Shown piece by piece: positions 49,586 through 58,032 of a stretch of DNA of 64,000 bases (its first letter is position 1; every line of letters starts with the position of its first letter). The position numbers were made by a program, and so were the translations under genes. Origin of the DNA: Candidatus Bathyarchaeia archaeon (GTDB lineage: Archaea; Thermoproteota; Bathyarchaeia; 40CM-2-53-6); contig JBEKFP010000002.1 of NCBI GenBank assembly GCA_050013255.1, positions 512,001 through 576,000 of the forward strand, read 5' to 3'. Under the pieces are notes generated by a model that searched no databases, had not been told where the DNA came from, and saw nothing but the letters and a program-made list of their open reading frames with translations.

Positions 49586-50005
49586 GTGATGCTTATCTTT
49601 GCCGCGATTTCAAGCGATGTTTGGATTTTCGTTGTCTCTGCTCTCTTAGCTTGGGTTATAGCAGATACGATATTCAATCTGTTAATTCGTGGTGGCGAGG
49701 GAATATTTCAAACGCGGCTCGCTGGCACGACTCACACACAAGCCGTTGGATACGGCTATCTTGTGTTCCTATTCGTTGTAGGTTTTGCCACGCTGATGGC
49801 TACCAAGTTCACTGAGTGGCTCATGCTGATTATCCCATTCTGGCTTAACTCATATGATGGAATGACTGGAGCCATAATCAATATTGCGAACATCCGGTAT
49901 GTCTCAGCGAGTTGGTTCTTCAGTACGCTGATAATCAGTTCCGCTGCCGGAATCGCTGCTTTGATTGATCTTTTCGTGAGATTCTATCAGCGGCATGAGA
50001 GATAG
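49586..50005 (+). CDS. Cargo membrane protein, paralog A1
   Basis: WIFVVSALLAWVIADTIFNLL; similar to ORF 50284. Confidence 0.7.
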   Translation: MMLIFAAISSDVWIFVVSALLAWVIADTIFNLLIRGGEGIFQTRLAGTTHTQAVGYGYLVFLFVVGFATLMATKFTEWLMLIIPFWLNSYDGMTGAIINIANIRYVSASWFFSTLIISSAAGIAALIDLFVRFYQRHER

Positions 50006-50189
50006 CTACGAAAACGCCCACGAGAGTTCCGAGAACTATCATTGGATTGACTCGAAAGTAGGCTGCGCACAACAGGAACACAATATCGCATAGAACGGTC
50101 ATAACAAGCATTTTTACAGGTATGGGCATCAGCAGGAACGGCTCACTCGCCCCACCAAGGAAACGCCTTACTACATCGCTAAATCTCAC
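49935..50189 (-). CDS. Small 2-TM cargo protein B1, convergent/overlapping with A1
   Basis: Hydrophobic hairpin; AAGGA-free start but clean 84-aa ORF. Confidence 0.5.
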   Translation of the reverse strand: MRFSDVVRRFLGGASEPFLLMPIPVKMLVMTVLCDIVFLLCAAYFRVNPMIVLGTLVGVFVAISHAADRISRKDQSKQRFRQRN

Positions 50190-50283
50190 TTGACTTAACC
50201 AAAGGAAAAATGCTTGTTATCCGACAAAAAGTAACACCAAATACCATCAGATAACAAGGTAACAGACCCCAGCTGAACCGTGA

Positions 50284-50646
50284 ATGTCACGAGACTTCTG
50301 GAAAAATGCGCTGATCGCTTTACCTATAGCAATAGGCATGTTGACTGCCCTAGAATGGTATAATCAGCAGTATTGGTTGTTTGCCGTTACGGGATTAGTC
50401 GGTTGGTGCGTCGCTGACTTTTTGTTTCGCATTCTTCAAAAACAAGGAGCAGTAAATGTCATCGACTTTGTTGGCTTCATAATCGTTGTCATCATGGCTA
50501 CCGCCGCAGGTGCTTACGTAAGCAACGCATTAGTGAATTCGCAGAAGACAAGCGAAAACCAGCTGATTCCAGCATTAATGGTCAACTTTGTTGCTGCCTC
50601 TCTCGCTTATGTTGAATCGAGTTATGAAATACAAGAGCACCTATAG
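50284..50646 (+). CDS. Cargo membrane protein, paralog A2
   Basis: WLFAVTGLVGWCVADFLFRIL; similar to ORF 49586. Confidence 0.7.
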   Translation: MSRDFWKNALIALPIAIGMLTALEWYNQQYWLFAVTGLVGWCVADFLFRILQKQGAVNVIDFVGFIIVVIMATAAGAYVSNALVNSQKTSENQLIPALMVNFVAASLAYVESSYEIQEHL

Positions 50647-50770
50647 TTGCAACAACATACGACACAACGCAAGCTATCAGAGTGATATGGGCATCAAGAT
50701 GTAAAACTAGGGCAATCCCAAGGAATAACGCTTCTAAAAGGGCAATCGCGATAGCTAACTGAACATCCAA
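50582..50770 (-). CDS. Small 2-TM cargo protein B2, convergent/overlapping with A2
   Basis: Hydrophobic hairpin; ATAAATA box ~20 nt upstream. Confidence 0.5.
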   Translation of the reverse strand: MDVQLAIAIALLEALFLGIALVLHLDAHITLIACVVSYVVATIGALVFHNSIQHKRERQQQS

Positions 50771-51027
50771 CCGTAGACGTCTGAAGATATTTATTGGTCC
50801 TATCAGTGATGGTCAGTTGTCTCCGAGATAGTGCCCTGTCAACCGAAAGGTAACAACGGACAAAATAGCCACAAAAATGCGCCCGTTAGAGCCTTTCAAC
50901 CGCAGAGGTAACACCACCGCTGGGCCGGCTCTTTTGCGTTCGTGGGACACGGCAAAAACGCCCTCGAAAGGGTTTGCAAAGCGGGACACAGACTTTTACC
51001 TGTCAAACTGCGGGACATGGCTAGGTA

Positions 51028-51915
51028 ATGCGCTTGGTAGGTTTGCGGCAGCGCATACGCGATTTCTGGATTACGTTAAGAGTGCATCGTATTGCGTGGG
51101 CTCTCACCCTTGGAAGCTTGTGGATTCTGTACTCGTGGATTATAGCCGAATGGTTTTACAGGCATGGAATAACGCGACGGTCAATCAGGTATTTCGTTCA
51201 TCGCCTTGCCAATGTTCTGCTCTGGCTAATTGGAGGACTAGTAGTGCTTCTCGTACTCGCCTATGGTCCGTCCTATGTCTACGAATTGGTACGATCATGG
51301 GTTGCTGAAAACTTGGTTAATCCAGCGCAATTCTTCACCGAGGCGCTCGTGCTGCTAATAGTTGAGCTACCAATACTGTACTTGGTCAGTCGCGTTGCAG
51401 GTGAATCCAAGTCACCCGTAGCAAGACTTCAGGTCAACGCCTCAAGACCAACTGAGAATAAAGATGGAAGTCTAATTCTCGGAGTAAATGTCACAAATGT
51501 CGGCGAAGTTGCAGCGGTTAGTTGTGAAGCGAGGCTCACCTTTGAACTCAAGTCAGGTGATTTAGTTGATTCAACCACAGACACAGTTTTCACTAGGGAC
51601 ACATTCAAACCGCCTTTGAGGACCAAGGTTCCTTGGAATAATGCAACACTATACACGCACTTAAGAGTCGGTGATTTGGGAGAGATTCCAGTCGTTAAAG
51701 TGTCGTTAGATTCAGAACATTTTGAAATACCGAGCGACCAAGGATGGACTCCTATCAGTCTTTCAGTGAGACCTGACCATTATTTCGGCTCAGTTAATGT
51801 TGTTCCGTTTAATGGAAGGCCCACTCTAACTCGTTTTGTCTTGAGACAGGTGGAGATTCCAGATCGCTATGGTAGGCCCACAGGGTTGTTGCGGTGGGGG
51901 GTACAGTTACTATGA
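51028..51915 (+). CDS. Membrane protein with C-terminal Ig-like beta domain
   Basis: 3 TM segments then V.VTNVG..AA..CEA beta-sandwich-like pattern. Confidence 0.65.
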   Translation: MRLVGLRQRIRDFWITLRVHRIAWALTLGSLWILYSWIIAEWFYRHGITRRSIRYFVHRLANVLLWLIGGLVVLLVLAYGPSYVYELVRSWVAENLVNPAQFFTEALVLLIVELPILYLVSRVAGESKSPVARLQVNASRPTENKDGSLILGVNVTNVGEVAAVSCEARLTFELKSGDLVDSTTDTVFTRDTFKPPLRTKVPWNNATLYTHLRVGDLGEIPVVKVSLDSEHFEIPSDQGWTPISLSVRPDHYFGSVNVVPFNGRPTLTRFVLRQVEIPDRYGRPTGLLRWGVQLL

Positions 51916-51916
51916 A

Positions 51917-52054
51917 TCATAGTTGCTTAGTCTTGAAGTATTCTCCTAGTACGGCTCTTACTGCTTCTGGGATGGATTCTAGTTTTCGTGCTTTGCGTTC
52001 TTGGTCTAGTGCCTTTACCATTTCATCGGACATGGCTACCATTATCTTGTTCAT
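51917..52054 (-). CDS. Ribbon-helix-helix (CopG-like) protein
   Basis: MNKIMVAMSDEMVKALD...SIPEAVRAVLGEYF. Confidence 0.8.
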   Translation of the reverse strand: MNKIMVAMSDEMVKALDQERKARKLESIPEAVRAVLGEYFKTKQL

Positions 52055-52296
52055 TGCCAAGTTTGACACGCTACCATTGTAGCGCAGCTCAGAATGGGGG
52101 AATCTGCCAAAATCTAGCGATCTAAACGCTTGGCAGCTAAAAAAGGCCAAATAGACAGGATTCGGCATTCTGGTTCACGCTGGAATCAAAAAGCCTCTCT
52201 TATCCTCCTAAATTGAACTTCCTTACGTAAATACGGCTTAACTTAGCACTCCAGGCAGGATTCTGCTAGCAACGGTGTGCTCTAGAGGACATATTC

Positions 52297-53634
52297 TTGA
52301 AAGCCGTCTTATCGATAGCGTTACTGGTTCTCATCTCCGCGATCTTTCTGCCCGCTGCGATGGGTTACATTTCTCCCACAACTACGAGCAGTCATCTCCA
52401 GGCAACTAATCCGTTAACGGTATGGTTTAATGGCGCTTTTCAATTGACCTTGGCGTATCCACCAGCGTATGAGTTCAATGTAGCGGCTAATACTGCTTCT
52501 GGGCTCTGGATAACGAGTCTACACTGGGACTTTGGAGACGGCGCCACCCGTGATGTTTCCTTCTCAGGTCAAAGCCAAGTTAGCGACATAGAAGACCACC
52601 AGTACTCAAGCCAAGGAAACTTCTGTGTTACCGTTACGGCGTACGACAGCGCGGGGAACGTGGCAAGCGTTAGTCAACCCCTGATGACAAATTATGATTT
52701 CACGTTGACGGCGACTCCGGCTGCGCAGAACGTTACACCAGGAGCATCTGCTACTTACAATGTAATCGTTGGACAATGGCCACTGGCGTGTGGTAGCGGA
52801 GTGTCCGTCAGCCTAGCCATATCCTCCCCGGCTCCACAAGGAGTTACGTGGACACTGAATCCTGCCTCCGGAAAGACACCTTTCACTTCCACCCTTAAGG
52901 TACAGACAGCAACTACGACACCTACCGGAACCTACACGATTAACATCGTTGGAACTAGCTCCAACCTAGCGCACACAACGACAGTAAATCTCGTCGTGGG
53001 TCAACCATACTTTGCGCTCTCCGCCGCTCCAAGTTCGTTGTTCGTGCCCCCCCAACCAAACGCGCAACCGGGGATAATGAATACGACCACGGTGACGGTT
53101 CAGTCCTTCAATGGGTTCAACAGCCCGGTGACCCTTACCGATTCGGGACTACCAAATGGAATGACGGCATACTTCCTTCCACCAACAATTACGCCTCCCC
53201 CGAACGGACAAGTTGCGACTCTGCTTACATTCACGACCCCATGCAGTGTATCCCCTGGATCGTACGTAATAGTCGTTCAAGGAACTGGCGGCGGAGTAAC
53301 GAGGCAGGTGAATGTCAACCTTACAGTTGCTTCCTGTGCTGCGGCGCAAGGCTCCGGAGGTTTCGGAATTTGGCCATGGATCATAGGAGGGGTACTTGGA
53401 TTGCTCATTCTTCTCCCAATCCTTCTCATCCTTCTCTACATGCGGAGACCAGTTCTCGCTCCTGCAGTCGTTCCAGCTCCCGCGGTGGTTCCAGCAGTCG
53501 TTCTTTTCCCCGTCCCTGTCACACCTATTCCGCCTCCGCCGGCAATTGCAACAATGCCTTGCCCTGTTTGTGGCAACCCTATGAGACCTGTAGAGGTGAG
53601 ATGGTATTGCGACCTCTGCCAGAGATACGTGTGA
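52297..53634 (+). CDS. Cell-surface protein: signal peptide, PKD, two Ig-like repeats, TM, Pro-rich tail, zinc ribbon
   Basis: WDFGDG; FTL.A.P...GTYTI.I.GT repeats; TM; CPVC...WYCDLC. Confidence 0.85.
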   Translation: MKAVLSIALLVLISAIFLPAAMGYISPTTTSSHLQATNPLTVWFNGAFQLTLAYPPAYEFNVAANTASGLWITSLHWDFGDGATRDVSFSGQSQVSDIEDHQYSSQGNFCVTVTAYDSAGNVASVSQPLMTNYDFTLTATPAAQNVTPGASATYNVIVGQWPLACGSGVSVSLAISSPAPQGVTWTLNPASGKTPFTSTLKVQTATTTPTGTYTINIVGTSSNLAHTTTVNLVVGQPYFALSAAPSSLFVPPQPNAQPGIMNTTTVTVQSFNGFNSPVTLTDSGLPNGMTAYFLPPTITPPPNGQVATLLTFTTPCSVSPGSYVIVVQGTGGGVTRQVNVNLTVASCAAAQGSGGFGIWPWIIGGVLGLLILLPILLILLYMRRPVLAPAVVPAPAVVPAVVLFPVPVTPIPPPPAIATMPCPVCGNPMRPVEVRWYCDLCQRYV

Positions 53635-53740
53635 ATCCATCCCAAATAGTCCCCCTCGCCATCCACTTCTTGGGCGTTTTGGACGCCCGCCTTTTCTAAT
53701 GAAGTAGCAGTGGAAAAGTTAGAGACAGTTCTATCTTTGC

Positions 53741-53804
53741 TGTTACCTCTTCGGTTGACCAGGTTCGTTCAGTTTGGGGGTTTTGGCTGTTACTTTTTGG
53801 TTGG
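53741..53804. repeat. Second copy of the transposon end (two TGTTAC motifs)
   Basis: Aligns with 47202-47265 including the GGGGTTTTGGCTGTTAC spacer and 47-bp motif spacing. Confidence 0.8.
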
Positions 53805-54074
53805 TGGAAGTAACTTGCAATCAGGATACTCCGAAGTTAGAGGGAAGAACTTAGTCTACAAGCTTAGATGCTTTCTTAAAAAGCCAAAGCGCCCCTAAAG
53901 CTTGAAGCGGCAGCGACACCCATACCATTAACATTACGAGACTCATTTGTAGGTTCTCTGTGTCTACGTAGGATGATGTTGAGATAAGATCAACATCCAG
54001 TTCTCTTGGAAGCATTGTTTACTTGTGAGCCAGCTATTGTCACAAGTAGTCACATGTAGCAACAGCTGTTAGAG

Positions 54075-54362
54075 TTACTTTTGACTTGCGTTCTGGATAA
54101 GAGTTAGCCATTTATCTTTTCCCTTAACTTTGATTCCAGCAACTTCGGCTGGTGTTTGTCCATCTAGGCCCATGTGTGGTCGTATGTAGTTGTGGAAGAT
54201 TTGGCAACCCGTTAGGATTGGGCTGTCTCCTTTCTTCAAGGAACGCATGACCTTTTCTCTGTCGCGGATTTCTCCGTTCATTTGTTCCGTCTTATTATTG
54301 TGAACGCTTCCATCAATGCGAATGTCTTGAACATGCTCAAGTGCGAGGGCTTTCTTTTCCCT
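54075..54362 (-). pseudogene. 3-prime remnant of IS6-like transposase
   Basis: REKKALALEHVQDIRIDGSVHNNKTEQMNGEIRDREKVMRSLK...KWLTLIQNASQK, closely matching the 48130 gene. Confidence 0.9.
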
Positions 54363-54428
54363 CCCTTCTTTTCCTTCTGCCCTTTGCTGTTACATGTCGG
54401 GACTTCGGCTCACACTATAGATTGGAGG

Positions 54429-54896
54429 CTACATTTTCGAGGTGGTTGGTGGCTTCCAAGTCAAAGCGAGTATTCCACCGAGAACTCCGAGGACCAAGCC
54501 TACTCCGAAGCCTGCCATAGCACTGCCAAATATGCTCAGAACCGAGAAGATTAGGATGAGCAGCCCCCATTTTGAGTGGTCAATTGGGTTGTTGTAGAGC
54601 ATTAGGCTGCTGACCATGACCACAATTCCGAACACTATGCCCGCAAGGCCGAATATTCCACCGAACCCGTATCCTCCCATCATTCCGAACCCGGGACCAT
54701 ACGAGTATCGGCCCATCATCCCCCATCCATATCCACCGTATCCTCCATACCCTGAATAGCCATTCATCATCCCGCCAAACCCGAACGGCCCCACCATTGA
54801 CATCATTCCTCCCCCCAACAGAATGAAGATGCCCCCAATCAGTGAGAGCACGAAAGCAATCGTAGGTTTCTCTTCTGCTGACATGTTTGGTTTCAC
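54429..54896 (-). CDS. Membrane protein with Gly/Met/Tyr-rich loop
   Basis: AFVLSLIGGIFIL, GGMMNGYSGYGGYGGYGWGMMG, G..LG..GGILAL.W. Confidence 0.75.
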   Translation of the reverse strand: MKPNMSAEEKPTIAFVLSLIGGIFILLGGGMMSMVGPFGFGGMMNGYSGYGGYGGYGWGMMGRYSYGPGFGMMGGYGFGGIFGLAGIVFGIVVMVSSLMLYNNPIDHSKWGLLILIFSVLSIFGSAMAGFGVGLVLGVLGGILALTWKPPTTSKM

Positions 54897-55180
54897 TGGC
54901 TGCTAAAGCCTAGCTCAGGTTTCCATCTGACCCTGAGGGTTTATAGTTTTCGTGTGTGAATGGATGAAAAGTCTCTAGTCTGGTTGCGTGTAGGTTCTCC
55001 GCGGTTTCAGATACAGTTCATCGGCTCGCGAAGTATCGCTTACTTGAGGCTGAATCTGCTCTGAAGAGATTCTGTTACATCCTAGGGACACGGGAAAAGG
55101 TGTTACAAAACGGGACATTTTCAATTAGCCGGATGGCTTAAAGATGGTTTTCTGACACCCGTGATCCAAAAAACAATGTA

Positions 55181-55813
55181 TTATCTTCCTCTCCTAATTG
55201 ATGCGGTTTTTGGTGGCCTCGCAATCGTATGGATGTTAATGGAAAGTGGCAGCTTTGCGATGGTTAAGCCCACGGGGCAAGTCTGGGGGTCTACTGGAAT
55301 AGTGGTGTTAATTGTTCGGCTTACCGTCTCACCGAGTTCTAAAACGAATACGGAAATTGTGATACTAGCGGCTGTGATTCTAACGTTTGTGGATAAGGTA
55401 CCTCCATGTAATGCGATGGCGAACGCGCGATTAGGTGCTGTAAACATTTGGGTGTCATACGGATGAGTTCTGTTGGCATAAATGGTTGTCCCGTTAGAGA
55501 AGGTTAGTGCGTCGTACGTGATAGATGAATTAACCATGTGAACTGATTCATTGAGACGGTTCACGAAATTTGTGAGCAAAACCGGAAAGGGAGGAGAAGT
55601 CGCATTCCTCCAGCAGATGTACGTATCAACTAAACTGAAATCACTGTCGTGGAGTGGTATGTACGTCGAAGTTGCTGTCGTCGGTATGCTTGGTGGCGAC
55701 TCATAGTATGAATAATAAATGTACCAAGAGATGAAAACAACAATGCCCAGTAAGGCTATGGCTTTCCCATATTTGAGATAGCTACGTTTCTTCGTTTTTT
55801 CCGAGGTACTCAC
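55181..55813 (-). CDS. Membrane-anchored secreted protein
   Basis: Basic N-terminus + one TM, Ser/Thr-rich beta domain with several N-x-S/T sequons. Confidence 0.65.
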   Translation of the reverse strand: MSTSEKTKKRSYLKYGKAIALLGIVVFISWYIYYSYYESPPSIPTTATSTYIPLHDSDFSLVDTYICWRNATSPPFPVLLTNFVNRLNESVHMVNSSITYDALTFSNGTTIYANRTHPYDTQMFTAPNRAFAIALHGGTLSTNVRITAASITISVFVLELGETVSRTINTTIPVDPQTCPVGLTIAKLPLSINIHTIARPPKTASIRRGR

Positions 55814-56041
55814 CTAGAATTACTACTCTAGCGGTTTCAGGTATCGTTCCTAACATACGTTTCTTACGTTCTTTCTCAAGAGTCTTCCCCCACGTCCTCA
55901 GTTATGGAGAGCATGAAACGCTTCATTGCCAACGGTTGCACCTATTGATTCCTATTGATTGATGGACTCCCTTGTGGAGAATATGCTCACTATGATTACG
56001 TCATCATCTTCACGAGACATATGGGGATTAGGTTATTTTGC

Positions 56042-56122
56042 CTACTTCTTACTTGCGTTCTGTATCAGTGTAAGCCATTTGTTCTCGCACTTGACCTGAA
56101 TTCCTGCCACTTCGGCTGGCGA
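56042..56122 (-). pseudogene. Third, short 3-prime remnant of IS6-like transposase
   Basis: Manual translation SPAEVAGIQVKCENKWLTLIQNASKK*. Confidence 0.85.
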
Positions 56123-56265
56123 GCTGCTGTTAAGTTCGTGTTTGGTGTTCAGGGCTGTCAAAAGTCGTTGGGTGGAGCTACTGTAGCTCTTTGAGGCCCT
56201 TGACGAGTTTTTCATAGTCTCTCTCTAATCTGCTGGTCAATCCAGAAGCGGGTTTTATCGCTTCA

Positions 56266-57999
56266 CTACTGATGGGCAAAGTACAAAGTGGCAAGGTTAG
56301 GGGCGACTTTGTCCACCCTGCCGAAACCAAACCTGACGAATTGGATGACGGAGCCAACGGGTTCGGAGCAGAAGCCGCTCTCAACGAAACCGCGCTTAGT
56401 GGACGCATCAGGCATTACGACGTCAGCTGGAAGGGTTTGCTCAGCGGGAACCCACTGTAAGATCGGAGTGCTCTCGTGACCTTCGACGGTTTCGCCAAGA
56501 AATTCGGCCTTAAGTTCGCCATCCGAGAAATTGAGAGGCTTGACGTTGAACAGCCCCATCAATCGGATCATTTTGCCTGACTCGAGAATTTGCCTGTCGC
56601 TCCCTGCGAGGAAGAGGGAGGCTACGCCGTTCTGTGGCTGCAGTTTCAGGGTACGGGTTCCCATTTCTGGACGTTGCGGGTGAAGCGCGGCATGCACTTC
56701 GAAGACCTTCTCAACGCCACTGACGCTCGCCCTAATGGGGTCCGGTACGAAGTAGTATCGGTGAGATGTTGAGTCGATGATTTTTCGGTTTAGAGCGTTG
56801 ATGTTGTCCCAGCTTATCGTCACGTCCACGGGTTTAGGGCCGACGTCCCATATGAGTTGTCTTATTGTTTCTGGGCTGAAACCCCGCCTTCTTAGTGCCG
56901 CTAATGTTCCGAGCCTTGGATCATCGATACCTTCGTATTCGCCTGATTCAACACCTTTCATAAGTTTGGATTTGCTGAGTTCCATTCCTTCAACCTTGAG
57001 CCGTCCGTAATGAACAGCGTCCGGATACTTCCAGCCCAAGTGTTTGTACATGTAGATCTGGCGGGCCATGTTTGTGAGGTGTTCTTTTCCTCGGATCACG
57101 TGCGTTATGCCCAGGGTGTGGTCGTCAACACCAGATGCCAGGTTGTAAAGCGGCCACACATGGAATCTTGATCCCACGCGGGGGTGGGGGTTCTTGTCTG
57201 TGTCTATGATTCGGAAGGCCGGCCAGTCCCTAATGGCTGGGTTAGGATGCGATAGGTCCGTCTTAACACGGACAACGGCTTCGCCCTCCTTGTACCCACC
57301 ATCGAGCATCTTCCTCCAACGTTTCGTTTGGGTGTCCGCATCCAACTCTCGGTCGGGGCAGGCGGAATTGCTGTTGACGAGTTCTCGAAATCGTTCTGGT
57401 TTGCATTCACAGACGTACGCGGCCCCTTTCGTGATAAGAGTTTGAGCTACCTCATAGTAGAGTGGAATTCGGTCGCTCTGGATGTACTCTTCGTCCCAGT
57501 TGCAGCCTAGCCACCTCAAATCTTCGCGGATGATGTCGTAGTATTTCAGTTGGGCTTTCTTGAGGCGGGGGTCAGTATCTTCGAACCTAACAATGAATTT
57601 CCCTTTATACATCTGAGCGTAGTCGTGGCTTAGGATAACGGCCCGCGCATTGCCTATGTGAAGGACGAAGTCGGGGTTAGGTGCAATACGCGTCACTATG
57701 AGCGAATACTTGTCGGCGTTTGGGAGGGGCGGCAGCTTTCTTTCCTCCTCAGGCCGTTCCTTAACCAGCTCCTCCGGCCACCGTTCCGTTGCTATGGCTG
57801 TAAGTTTCTCCAATGGCATAGAGTTAATTTCTTCAACGACTCCCCGCACTTGTGATGTTAGTTCCCTTGCCTTTGGTTTCAAGTCGGGATTTTCCCCGAG
57901 CAAGTTCCCGAGAACTGCGCCGGGTTCGGCTTTGCCATTATGCTTAATCGCATTGAGTATGGCAGCCTTCCTCATCTTCTCGGTTAGCTCGTTTGACAT
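56266..57999 (-). CDS. gltX: Glutamyl-tRNA synthetase
   Basis: RIAPNP...HIGN, RFEDTD, THVIRGKEH, LSKS, QFVRFGF. Confidence 0.96.
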   Translation of the reverse strand: MSNELTEKMRKAAILNAIKHNGKAEPGAVLGNLLGENPDLKPKARELTSQVRGVVEEINSMPLEKLTAIATERWPEELVKERPEEERKLPPLPNADKYSLIVTRIAPNPDFVLHIGNARAVILSHDYAQMYKGKFIVRFEDTDPRLKKAQLKYYDIIREDLRWLGCNWDEEYIQSDRIPLYYEVAQTLITKGAAYVCECKPERFRELVNSNSACPDRELDADTQTKRWRKMLDGGYKEGEAVVRVKTDLSHPNPAIRDWPAFRIIDTDKNPHPRVGSRFHVWPLYNLASGVDDHTLGITHVIRGKEHLTNMARQIYMYKHLGWKYPDAVHYGRLKVEGMELSKSKLMKGVESGEYEGIDDPRLGTLAALRRRGFSPETIRQLIWDVGPKPVDVTISWDNINALNRKIIDSTSHRYYFVPDPIRASVSGVEKVFEVHAALHPQRPEMGTRTLKLQPQNGVASLFLAGSDRQILESGKMIRLMGLFNVKPLNFSDGELKAEFLGETVEGHESTPILQWVPAEQTLPADVVMPDASTKRGFVESGFCSEPVGSVIQFVRFGFGRVDKVAPNLATLYFAHQ

Positions 58000-58032
58000 T
58001 TCAAAAGCACTCTCGAGGGATCGGTTCCGCTT

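Larger units (their letters stand above)
47189..50928. mobile_element. Putative cargo transposon with IS6-like transposase
   Basis: Direct repeat GCTGGGCCGG at 47189-47198 and 50919-50928; inverted motif pairs 47202-47219/50896-50913 (16/18) and 47249-47265/50839-50855 (17/17). Confidence 0.8.
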
